Source: Fimbriosthenelais zetlandica
Lineage: Eukaryota
NCBI GenBank assembly: GCA_977030845.1
Contig: OZ365118.1
Span: 2,480,001 to 2,544,000 of the forward strand
Direction: 5' to 3'
DNA: 64,000 nt
Shown here: piece after piece, positions 1 through 11,417 of the stretch
Position numbering within the stretch: the stretch's first letter is position 1
Layout: each line of letters starts with the position of its first letter
Made by a program: the position numbers and the translations under genes
The notes under the pieces: model-generated
What the model was told of the DNA's origin: nothing
The model's database searches: none
The model's input: only the letters and a program-made list of their open reading frames with translations

Positions 1-76
1 AGACGAGATTTAGTCGGCTGTAATGGCGGCGCTTTCCTGCTGGCGCCTCCTTCACTTTCTGATAGTTCTAACTCAC

Positions 77-98
77 GCTAACTTCCCATTCTTATCGT
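77..98 (-). other. Candidate 22-nt micro-exon
   Basis: Acceptor ctccccattgtttgtacag| and a perfect gtgagt donor. Only the phase 1-2 frame is open (DKNGKL). Confidence 0.28.
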
Positions 99-133
99 CT
101 GTACAAACAATGGGGAGGCCTAACCCGGGCCTA

Positions 134-172
134 GAGGCCCACCTACAAGGCCTGGAGGCCCACCTACAAGGC
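134..172. repeat. 21-bp period duplication
   Basis: gaggcccacctacaaggc at 134 and 155. Confidence 0.85.
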
Positions 173-459
173 GGGGCCAGGCCTAAAACATAACCAGGAC
201 CTAAACAGAAGATGCACGCCCAGAATCCATCCACAGATCAACAATTAATGTTAGAGACGAGACATTCTAAAGAACACAAACTTCAAATATGCTCGTGAAA
301 TCTTCAGATTTTTAACTGGAGTTTGTATTAACTGACTTCATTATTCAATGTGTAATCACATGAATATTAAAGTAAGATCATGACTTGATTGAGTGACTTG
401 ATTGATGTGTAAGAGTGTATACAACATGAACAGTAATGTGAATGTATTACAATGTGCCA

Positions 460-800
460 TGATCCGCGGCCGCACGTCAAGTAATATCCTTTAATACTTT
501 AAGTGGTTTGAAGTTTGGACCTCACGCCGCCATTTTCCGCCTTTTATCGCACAAATTGTCGTCTGTGCAAAAAAGATAAAAATTGGCGCCAAAAGGCTTG
601 CACGGAAAAGATGGCAATGGCTTCTTAAGTGTCCAATACCACGCACTGCAAGTCGGCAATGGTCGCGGAATGATGGGGGAATTCACGGAATCAATTCTAC
701 TCCCAGTTACTCTCTCAATGAGAGTTGAGAAGGAGAACGCCTGGTGATGACGTCACCTATCATGACATTGGTGATCTGGTGAATGTCGTCAGTTAAAGGA
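460..800. promoter_or_regulatory. CpG-rich regulatory island (YY1, CRE)
   Basis: YY1-type cgccgccattttcc near 525-538, TGACGTCA near 748-755, and gcggccgc. Confidence 0.35.
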
Positions 801-1144
801 CATGGCACTGACCGCCCTGTCCTGACATTACTTCATTATCTGTCCATAACAATTTCACCCGACACAGCACAATTCTGACTCGTCTAAACACAGACAGCAC
901 AATACTGCCTGGCTACACCTACTGAACAGTTCCCTACCTCCAGCAAGCCAAGCGTGGCCGCACCATTAGTCCCCTTACTTTTATTTAAGGATCTTTTTTA
1001 CGATCCTGCCTCCACCTTATCACCCACGGCGGAGGGATACAGACTTCTGTCCATCAGTAGAGATTCACAAACTGAACGCCTTGTCCCAACGGAAGTGGTC
1101 AGGGCGCAGGCGCCAGCTCAAAGAGCGCATCAGATAAAGTAGAT

Positions 1145-1188
1145 GGGGGGGGGGGGGGGGTGGGGAGGATGGGGGGGGGGGGGGGGGG
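1145..1188 (+). repeat. Paired poly-G tracts (G16 and G18)
   Basis: Read directly from the sequence. Other homopolymer runs of 12 or more G/C occur at 5323, 6034, 6628, 26211, 36214, 48152 and 58306. Confidence 0.9.
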
Positions 1189-3971
1189 TGCACGGGAGAG
1201 GGGTCTGTCATTTTGGCGGCCATTAGAGCGAGGAGACGCCCTCTGGCGATGGTTTGATTAACAAAGCAATATTGGGCGGTGTAGGCAGTACTCTCTCCCC
1301 CTGTAAAAGTTGACTCACTGTCGAGACATGTGACACTCAGCAGAAGAGTTATGGAGAGCAATGAGGAGAGGGGGAGAGCTTTCAATGGCAAGCACAATAT
1401 GACAACTCAAGTATTTGCAAGCGGCTTGTACGGAGAAAATAGGCATAGCCCATGGCAATACACATTACACCGCCAATGTAAATTATTGAATTACACAGTC
1501 ACAAGGAAAAATGCAAAACTGACTGGGAAGGATACCCCACAGCCAATATAATTTATGATACGTTATAGGATGGGAGAAAAGCTGAACTAAGTTAATTATA
1601 CAAACATTAAGTGAAAAGCAAAGATCCAAGTTATTTCTATTACATGGGGATTTTTTCTGAATGATGCGGATGAAAAGCTTAATACAAAATGACATTGAAA
1701 TTCTTTTATCAGAGAGGGGCTCCAGTCTCAGGCCTTGGTTAGAGAGATCAGGGGCTGATCCCCGCCTTCTGTGACGTCAGAACTCAGACGATAACAAAGA
1801 ACAAAGGCCGGACCAGCAGGAGAATCTACCCCCGGAACGCTGCTGCAAAACTTAGCAGCAAAGTGCAAAATGCAAAGTCCATCACCCCCTTCACCACCCT
1901 CACCTCCCAATCAGTTAAAATACTATTTATTGTATTTATTATTCATGGAATTCAGTGAACAATTTTAGAATTATTTATTGCCGACGCTGAGCTGATAAAA
2001 TTCAGGATAAAAGCCCATGAATTAATGGCAATATTAAAGATGCATCTGTGAAGGAAAGCTTGTAGATTAGCAGAGAGAGATGGGGGAGTATTACCTTCCC
2101 TATTATAAATGAGGCTCTCCATGCAAGCACCAACTTTCAATTATCATAATGGACTGACTTCATAATCATTATTTCATCATTTCACTTTTTGTGCATTTTC
2201 TTCATGAGGCGAGTTCCCTGTGGAACCTCAATGGTGGTATGAATTACAGATAACTGAGATAAATGAAGGCACAATATTGACATGACTTATTACTCCGCCT
2301 TTCTTACTGCATTCCCAAACAAGTCCACACCCTCAACTTTAGCTTTCTTTGTCCTACTCAAAATCAAGTGAAAATTGACTTTTTTACAGGATTCAAATGC
2401 AGCAAATACACCGGGTATATTAATTGTCAGATTAGATTTTGTTTAAACAAAGTTCATTCAAGCAATCATCACACATGAAAGCAATAGATAGTTATATGGT
2501 AAAGATACCTGCTAAAGGTATATAATATGTCAGAGATTATCACAAATAAACATGACATTTTGGACACCAGATTGGCCTAATAATCCTTCACAATGCCATG
2601 GATTAAGTAATATCTATCAGGTATATAGTAGTAGAGTCCGGTATCTGGGCAGTGAGGCCGTGTTTGACAATAGAGATTAACTCTATCCCTGCCCGTCTGT
2701 GACCTGCCTCCCATGAGCTGGTCCTGATCCCCCGCTCAGCACCCCGGATTATCGTTAATCCGGACGGCAGCATTATTGTAAATGATGACTGCTATAAGTC
2801 ATACAGAGTGATTGTTAGGGTGACAGGGCTGGCCGGCCTTCTACTGGCCAGGCGGGCTAACACGGACACAAACCCCACACTCATGGTAATGTGTTCTAAC
2901 TAATGTCATTATCTAAAACCAGTCTCAATTATTACAAACGTAATGGTTTAAATGTATCATTTTTAAAACTATTGTGGACTATGAAGTTTCTTAGTATCTG
3001 ATTAGTTAATATTCTTGATTCAATAAGCAGATATAATGGAGCATATGTCGGGAAATGTAAACAGACATATTGTTTTTAGATCTCCTTTAAAAAAGTTAAA
3101 ATATTGGGGAGGGGGTTGGGGGGGCGCTGGGGATTAAATGGGGGGTAGTCAGCCAACCCCCACTAAGATCCCTGGGGAGGAGCAGGGGGGAAGTCTAATT
3201 GTCTCTTTTACAAGCTGCTTTTTGCTGGCATGATGGACGGGGAGAGACGGATGGTGAGAGGAGAGTGTGTGTGTGTATTGGGGGTGTGTGAGTTAAATAG
3301 GGGAGGGGGTGAAATGACAGCAAGGAAAGGGGTAAAGAAAAGTGGGGGAAGAGGTAGAGGAAAGGGGTGGGAGGAAGGGTTGGAATTTGTGGCAGTATTG
3401 TGTTCCGCGGATGGGTGGGTGTTTGGAGGGAAAGAGGAAGAGGGTGCTTCCAGAGCCAGGGTCGTTTCACATAGGATGAATTTTTCGCCCAATTACTCTT
3501 TTTTTTTTTTTAGAAATAAGAACTTTTTCTATTTCATAATACCACCAAGGCCTTCATAATGAGAATCAAGATGTGTGTAATAGTGAATACAAGTTAATAA
3601 AGTCATTAAGGCGTCTACAACTGAACCGTGACGATGATAGGACATCAATTACCACGCCACGAAATAAACATGTCACCACATACAATAACTAATAACAGTA
3701 TTCAGTCAAACTAATACAATAACTATAATACCTGTATTCAGTCAAATCACCACCTCATGTTGGCTGATGTATGCCCGCCTGCCACGCCACCATACGGCCA
3801 GCTATAACACGCCATATACATCAGCCTCTCCCCCTCACCTCACAGGTCAGCCTGAGGTCAAGGTGAGGTGGGGTCAAGGTCACGGTCCGGGAGGTCAAGG
3901 CGGGGGGCTCATCTCAATGTGACCACGTTCTATTGTTCTCCATTGTTGACGTTTTACAGCCCTGACCAAAC

Positions 3972-4039
3972 ACAAATCACCCGACCAGACTACAATCACC
4001 CCGACCAGTCTACAATCACCCCGACCAGTCTACAATCAC
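3972..4039. repeat. 20-bp tandem repeat, about 3.4 copies
   Basis: Unit acaatcaccccgaccagtct. Confidence 0.9.
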
Positions 4040-4419
4040 ATTTGATCAGAATTTGGTGGGTCGGGAGTGGGGGAAATGCCACTCAGTGATCAGGCAGGTC
4101 TGATCAGGACAAGTTCTGATCAGTGAAGACAATACAAAAGCCCTCAGCTACAAGCTGAGTGCCCTCACATGCCCCCACTATAGGTCCATGGTGGCCTAGA
4201 GATGCCCTCATCAATCCATTAAATCATCTCATCAGAATTCATCTAATTCTCTTGGAAAGCTAAACATATTGAAACCAGTCTCTAAAATATATTCTGACGA
4301 AATAATAAACAAAGGTCTACAGGAAAGCCCTTTAAATGTGAGAAACGAGCTCAGATAGTGAGGAATAGTTAAAAGGCATTTCGCTAAAAGTTCTGTAATG
4401 CAATTGCCCAAAGGTCAGT

Positions 4420-4860
4420 TGTGGTTAATGCCTTTACCTTTCATTGATGTCCAGCGCGAGTGACCAATACAAATCCCATCTATAATTATGCTAAATTTGT
4501 TTGATATTTAATAAGAGAGCTGGCGCCATTTATCAAACATTGATGTATGGGCCATCTAGCGGGGGTTGTGTGAACAATGCCCTCACTGCCAATCACATCC
4601 CTGCTTGTACGCAGGCTGTGAGCATGCGCAGACGATATAAAGGGTTGTCATGCCAACCAGGGCCTGTCAGGGCGGCGTGGTGCGCGGGCTCCCCACTAGA
4701 GGGCACGTGGGTAAAAAAGACTGGAGGGCAGTTGTGACGTCATTTCTAGGGATGACTAAACCCCGTGGACTGCCCCTCCCCCTCTCTCCCGTACTCAGAA
4801 TCAGTCTAAATACCGCCCCCATAGTGGGGTGCAGGCAGACGTGGATGTGTCGGTGAAAGG
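4420..4860. promoter_or_regulatory. Motif-dense element: divergent CTCF-type pair, NRF1-like, TATA-like, E-box, CRE
   Basis: Reverse CCGCTAGATGGCCC (4549-4562), forward CCACTAGAGGGCAC (4693-4706) overlapping CACGTG, gcatgcgca near 4622, tataaa near 4636, and TGACGTCA near 4735. Confidence 0.5.
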
Positions 4861-4991
4861 TTCGACTTGGATGGAAAGAAAGTTATTTGTGACGTTGAGT
4901 AGGAGTGAGAGGTGGAGAAGAGATTCTATAATTTGCAGACGGGTAGGCAAAGTTTGTCTGGAGACAAGTCGTTGTACATAGCTTGAGTAGA

Positions 4992-5148
4992 GAGGGTGGA
5001 GTAATGAATATGGGAGCTAGAAGCTGAGTATAGTGAGGGTGGAGTAATGAATATGGGAGCTAGAAGCTGAGTATAGTGAGGGTGGAGGAATGAATATGGG
5101 AGATAGAAGCTGAGTATAGTGAGGGTGGAGTAATGAACATGGGATCTA
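4992..5148. repeat. 43-bp minisatellite, about 3.6 copies
   Basis: Unit gagggtggagtaatgaatatgggagctagaagctgagtatagt starts at 4992, 5035, 5078 and 5121. Confidence 0.95.
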
Positions 5149-6767
5149 AAAGTTCACACATGTCGTCAGAAACAAGCTCCACTTCTACACATGCTCATTG
5201 TCATCCTCTCCTGCCTGCTGCAGACGTGCCAACATGACTGGCCACTCGTCCCCCTCAGCCCTTCCTCTCCTACCCCCTGCTATCACCCCTTACTTCCCAT
5301 CACCCCCCACCCCCTGCTATCACCCCCCCCCCCCCACCCCTCCCTGAATCCCTGAAGTTTGGACCTGCCACACACAGTCATTAGTCATAGCGGAAGGCAG
5401 CAGTGCGCAGGCGCGCACTAATTAGGTTTCAATTGGTCCTAATTAAAGGCACAATAATCTCCTGCATTTCTGGCGAATTTCATCCAACAACCATAAACTT
5501 CATATAACCTTCATTGTCTTAATGAAGGAAAATCCCCAGGAAAGATGAAAAAACACATAAAAAAGAAAATGACATAATGAAATGAATATTGCAAACCAGG
5601 CAAGTGATTCTCAAGCCGTACTCACTAGATTTCAAACAGACATGACGTGATGAGATGAGATGTAGAGGATGAGGGAAGCACAGGGAAGGCTGGGGTCAGG
5701 AGGCCATCTACAAGATAGGTGAACAATAGAAATATCTCATGGCTTCAGCTCGACTGTAACATGATTATTTTCTAGCTCTCTAAAATGGGCAACACTCAAA
5801 ACTAACATAGGGGTGCTTTCAATGGATCAATTTAACTTTTAAAAGTGTCCGTTTTCTGTCAAATGCTCTGAGATTAAATGTTGGGAAAGCGTGCTACCTT
5901 TTAGAGTATTCCCACCCCAATTATTCCCCGCGGACCTATTTCCGGTCAGCGTACATTTTATAAGAGGATGATAGTTTAATAAGACGATGGTCTCATCCCC
6001 CGATACCCTGATCCCTAGTGACTCAGTCCTGTACCCCCCCCCCCCCCCCCCGACCCACCTCCACCCCCCGACCAATACCTGAGACGCCCAGGTGTTTTAT
6101 AACCTCACTTCCGGTGAGTCGGTCACGTGAGCTGCTCCCCATTATCGCTCATCACTGACAAATTGATGCTGAGTGATTCTACCGCCTGAACATAGGGGGC
6201 GGGTCAGTGCCGGTAAAAGTGGGGGCGCTTTGTGGGCTGAGAATTGACTGGAAATTGAGAACAATTATCCAAGTGGGAAGATCAGCTGCCAACATCCACA
6301 TTTTTAATATTCTAACAAATAGTCTCTTTAATTTATACAGAAGGTACATATATACTCAGAGCCGCCAGTGATGTGGAGTGACTTTAAGAATATTTGAATA
6401 AAATGAAATTTGTTTGAGAACAAAACGTTTCATACAATATGCGACTCACCATATTATACCATATCCTGTGTTAATAATTATAAAATCTCCCCGCTAAATG
6501 TTCAAGCATCTAGGACATATTTCTACACTCGACACACTGGCCTGCCATCACATTCATGTCCATTTTTTCAATCAGAATTTTTCATTTCAATAAGCCACGT
6601 TCCTTCACAAACAAAGGTTCCACCTTGCCCCCCCCCCCCCCCCCCCCCATGACAGGCCCACCTCATCTAGACTTACTGGCGCCAGGAGGCGACACTCGCT
6701 AATTAAGGCGGGGATCTGTCTGTGGATGTGTTTCCTGTTCCTAGTACAGCAGTTAACATCTGGTTAC

Positions 6768-6851
6768 CTTGATGTGATGCGTTCACTGTTCCTAGTGTGA
6801 CCAGGCCTCTCATCCTTCTAGAACATTTCGTAATGAAGATCGGATCTAAAT
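6768..6851 (-). other. Candidate 84-nt exon of an unidentified minus-strand gene
   Basis: Acceptor gtatttctccattacag| and donor AAG|gtaacc. Only the phase 1-1 frame is open (DLDPIFITKCSRRMRGLVTLGTVNASHQ). No homology recognised. Confidence 0.4.
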
Positions 6852-7023
6852 CTGTAATGGAGAAATACACGTATATTATATAATATGGACACTTATTTTT
6901 GGTGAGTTTAAATATGTTTTATCTTCAGAAAAGTTGAGTGTTTGGAGGCTATTATTGTTTTAGTTCCAGGTGAACTCACTGGGAGTTGACAACTTCTATA
7001 AGCGTTTTCTAGCACAAAATAAA

Positions 7024-7374
7024 GTCAAAATACAAAATGTGAATATGTGAAAAGTATATATACCTGTATTCATGGAATGTGTGGCCAGGGAGTTGCTAAA
7101 TATGTGGGAAAAGGTGCGAACAACTTTGCCCCGTTGAGTTAGCATTGAGCGTTAGTTCCCGCTTTTGCCGGGGGTGGCGTCGTAGCGCGGGGCGCTAGTA
7201 TCAGATTTCCAGGAGCCATTTCTGAAACAAAATTCAGTTCAATGGAGACAAAATATATTAAATGAATAGTTAAAAAATATATATACCTGCATAAATGGAG
7301 TCTGCGGCCAGGAAATTGATGAATATTTGATAGAAGAAGCACAAAGCGTCGTAGCGTGGGGCGCTGTCAGTAGG
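7024..7374. repeat. Diverged tandem duplication (two copies, about 7024-7204 and 7247-7374)
   Basis: The copies align: gtcaaaata...gaata..aaaa.tatatatacctg.at..atgga.t.tg.ggccagg.a.ttg.t.aatat, followed by GCGTCGTAGCGYGGGGCGCT (7177-7196 and 7346-7365, 19/20 identical). Confidence 0.85.
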
Positions 7375-7800
7375 CCTATTATATTCACTGATAACTAAAC
7401 GCACGCGGTCGTGCCGGGCGATAATCGGGGATTTGGCGATTTTACTGGTTATTTCTCAGCCTTTCTTTAAATAATCCTATGTATTTCATTCATGAGTGTT
7501 TCTCTTCAACAAACTTACCTTAGAAACGTCATGGTGTGGAATAAATGCTATTGAAGGATCTTTTCAGTCAGAAACAAGTGTGCTGGCACCTGGTTGTTTC
7601 CCTCTGAAGCTAAGGCGCGCTGAAGTGAAGGCGCGCCTGAGCTCAGTTCAGTCGCGGGCCACTACGTGGCAGCACCGAAGAGGCCTACAAATGCAGGAAT
7701 TGAGGCTAGCATAGTAGAGGTGGAGAACGGTCATTCTCAAAGCCAATAATGGTCCGATCGCCACGGAATTTCACAGAATGATAGAAAAATATATAGGGAA
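7140..7800. promoter_or_regulatory. CpG-rich island, candidate promoter of a leftward (minus-strand) gene
   Basis: Many CpGs and a repeated aaggcgcgc (about 7612 and 7628) sit between the THSD1-like polyA signal and minus-strand donor sites at 7286 and 7063. Confidence 0.4.
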
Positions 7801-7994
7801 TCGGAAAATAAAATTGCTTGACTCTACATATAAATTATAAATGTTATTGAAGCTAGTAAAAACGATGAAAATGTTGAGTTCACGAGTTAGATCTTGTCGG
7901 TATATTTAATGAATTTTATATAGACTTATAGTTAGATCTTGGTTAATATCATGCATATAAGTAAACTTAAATAGATTTGTATCTTTGATAGACA

Positions 7995-8000
7995 TTTATT
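7995..8000 (-). terminator. Candidate polyadenylation signal AATAAA
   Basis: Plus-strand tttatt at 7995-8000 is the first canonical hexamer downstream of the stop in a by-eye scan, and it lies just before the next CpG-rich island. Confidence 0.4.
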
Positions 8001-11000
8001 TAAATGATTTACACAAATGATGACAAACAAGTGTTTGAGCCTACCCGATACTTCCAAAGTAAAGTAGCCTCCATTTACAAAATAATTATTCATACATTTA
8101 TGTCTACACACTTATAACAGAAGAAACGATTACCTGCGATTTATACCCGCAGATAAACTTAACATCACAGGGAAAATAAACATTCATAACTTTCATTATT
8201 AGCCTACCAGTAACACCCATACATCCATGTAGGTCTCCCAAAATTAACAACTTAAAAGAGAACAAATTATCAATGAAAACGTTATGTGAAATCTGACGGT
8301 TAGAAGGCATTTAATCTGAACCTCGATATTCTATATTATATTTCAATGTTGACATAATCAGATTCTTCTTGATAATCGTAAGTTAATCTCCATTACTTAT
8401 AATATGTTATTCTTTTCAATCTCCATTTATACTAGTTCATGTAACATGCATTGTTTTAATTTAGTATAAGGTATCAGGGACAGATTCAGGATTTTGTAAG
8501 GGGCGTTTTGTCAGGCACCTTGTGTTATTTGAGCAACACAAAATTCCTGACTTACTCCACCCCTTTCTCCCCTGAATCTGCCCCCGATATACCATGAAAT
8601 CTTACCAACTAGATTGGTGATTATATCCCTAATTATAGGCTTAACAATTAGGCTTACACTATTATTCAGAATGTTCTATGATGAGAGAAATCTCTATAGA
8701 TATTCTGTCTTACGTTATTTAAAACTTACTTATACATTTTGAGCGGGTTGATGAAGACTTCCTCTAAAGTGCAACAAAATCCAGAATGAAACAAACACAT
8801 CAGAAGTGTATAAAGGCAGCAACATACTCATGAGAAGCCTAAATATGTGAGAGGTAATACTTGGTAGTCTATCACTATTGGTTGTACATTTCATAAAGTC
8901 TGTTATAGGTATGTGGTTGGACAGTGGTAGGGCATTATATGATCTTAAATGTAATGTAAAATCTCATTATTGTAATCTCCTAATTCATCAATACAGACAT
9001 GAATATTATCCTAAACCGTCACTAATATTGAATACTATTGAAAGTATATAGCCGGCTCCTCACATATCCTCACAATATTTCATTAAAACACTATTTCGTC
9101 CACACTAGATATTTGTAGTAATATCAATGCCAGTATTCAACTTGAGTAAATGGAGGATATCCATTAATCATACTAGAATGTATATAGTTCATTTCTCACT
9201 TAATATTTGTGACCTATTGATCATTTTTTCTCTCATTACTAGAATTATGACAAACTTTCATTTTAAAGTTAAAAATGTACAAAAAATGGAGTGAATTCAG
9301 CTCCATTTCACACCAATGCACACCCCTATTCCTGGGACGAAGATCTCCACTGTTTAGTATATAACTTGTATGACTAAATGGTTACACATATAAACAGAAA
9401 TCCTCTTCACGCCAACTGACACATATATAACTTAATTAATTACATCTCAAATCATTTGTACATAATTAATATAGACAATGGATATTATTATATACATAAT
9501 ACGCACCCAGGGGTGTGGCAGTCTTTGGCTTAGAAATCTACAACTATTCTACTTTGTCTGATTTACATAACGAAACTTACTCTTTGTATTAAATGGGAAA
9601 TAGTTCATGAAATACTTTAACAGTATCAAAATTGCCAACATAGAATCCAAAGGCCTCAAACGCCGGCAGGAATCTAAAGATTGGGAAGGTAAATGTCCGA
9701 CTAAAGATACTATATGACTTCTCTCTTTTACAAACTTTTGTGACAATAAATATTTCCACAAAGGAAAATGTGCATTCTGTAGAGGCTCATTGATAATTTC
9801 TATCAAGGAAAATTTCTCTCAAATAAGGAATAAACATAATTTGTATAGAAACAATTCAATGCATTCTGAATAAATCTCCTCCAAATGCTGCCATAAATAA
9901 AGTGTAAGGGGTTTTCCTGTGTCATGAGAATTCATTTGAGAACTTGAACTAAAGAGGGAATAATTTGAAAAGCAATGTCCATATCACAGGACTACAATGT
10001 TTGGGACTATCCTAACCAGGGATTAGAGGTGGAAACAGTTTAAATACTGATTATTTGATTATAATTTCTTGATATAAAACTCTGTATGTTGAATTTAAAT
10101 AGAAATCTATTACTTTAAATGCAGGATTATACATGTACAGATATTTTAGGTATCAATATTATACTATTTTAAACCTCAGAGAAATGGTTTTTAGAAGGAC
10201 GCCAGCTCTGTATGCCATCTATTAGGATTAAAGGCCTTTAAGATCCCTTATATAATTATCATGGGCTGGTGTAGGAACAATTGATGTCCATCTATGATTG
10301 AATGGTTGTAAACAAGTTTGACAACACATGTTCATGACAGTAAACTACTAGGCTACTGCTCAGTCAGTGATTTTTAGTTACCTTTTCTCGGAGCATCTGG
10401 TAGAATAGACACGTCCCATGTTGTAAAGAGCGACCCTTCCATATCCACGATTCATTTCTTCTTTGTAAAGTTTACAGCCACAGTAGGGAGAATATAGCAT
10501 GCATCACATTGTACAATAACAGATTCTAACACAGATTCTCCCAACTCATCACCATTTAAACCATTATAGAGCACTTCTCACAACTATAGTAACACCCATT
10601 CATTGGAATCCTGTCTATATGTATCTATTTACACCTCTCTATAATAATTTCTTTATGAATTACCATTATTAAAGCTTCTAGCCATCAGAGAACCCGATCT
10701 GGCCTTGAACACACTTATGTAATTCATCCATCATGGAAATTTACAACTAGTACTTTCTACAACACTTAATTTCTTGTTGACTAAACGATATATTTAAGTT
10801 AATAATGACACTTTTCACTGATGACGGATGAAAATATAAATAGATCATCTGATATCCCTTCTGGCACGCTATATGGATGTAGTTTCTCTTGTAATTCCAT
10901 GCCTCGACTTAACTCTAAGCTTGTGAAGTTTAACAGGTCCATGTGGCCATTATAAATACATCTTAACTTACATAGTCAGTAGAATGCATCTTGGTATAAA

Positions 11001-11260
11001 TATGAATATGATGCTTATTGAATTATTTAATCAATGTAGAGCTAGTTATTAATGGTTTTACCCATTCACAGAATCACTCATGACCAAATCTACAAAGTGT
11101 CACACACGTTGGGTATGTATGTGCATTAGATGCACTCTAATGCTATGATGTCTAAACAAAGAGCGAGATCGACGTTTGCCCCTTCTATATATATAAACCT
11201 AATGTAGGTTCAGGGCTTAAATCTCTGAGCTGGACACACAGTGCTGCCACGCCATGATCA

Positions 11261-11382
11261 CTGTTAGGCCGCCATCTTGGTTTTTAGGCCGCCATCTTGG
11301 CTCTGAGGCCGCCATCTTGTCTGTTAGGCCGCCAGCTTGGCTGTTAGGCCACCATCTTGTGGCTTTCAGGCCGCCATCTTGT
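11261..11382 (-). repeat. Six-copy 20-bp tandem repeat carrying the YY1 consensus CAAGATGGCGGC
   Basis: Units start at 11261, 11281, 11301, 11321, 11341 and 11361 (the last is 22 bp). Four contain gccgccatcttg exactly and two have one mismatch. Confidence 0.95.
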
Positions 11383-11417
11383 CTATTAGGTCTTGGCTTT
11401 ATAATTTAACATGTAGA

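Larger units (their letters stand above)
7975..11417 (-). other. Probable long AT-rich 3' UTR of the THSD1-like gene
   Basis: AT-rich sequence with no credible ORF runs from the stop codon to the first canonical AATAAA I found by eye. An ATTAAA variant near 11026-11031 could give a shorter isoform. Confidence 0.4.

Noticed and set aside
954-1397. Pro/Gly-rich ORFs here and at 3195-3559, 40171-40456, 43472-43775 and 48101-48370
   Set aside because: Their composition is generated by poly-G/C or purine-rich tracts; no domain and no splice support.
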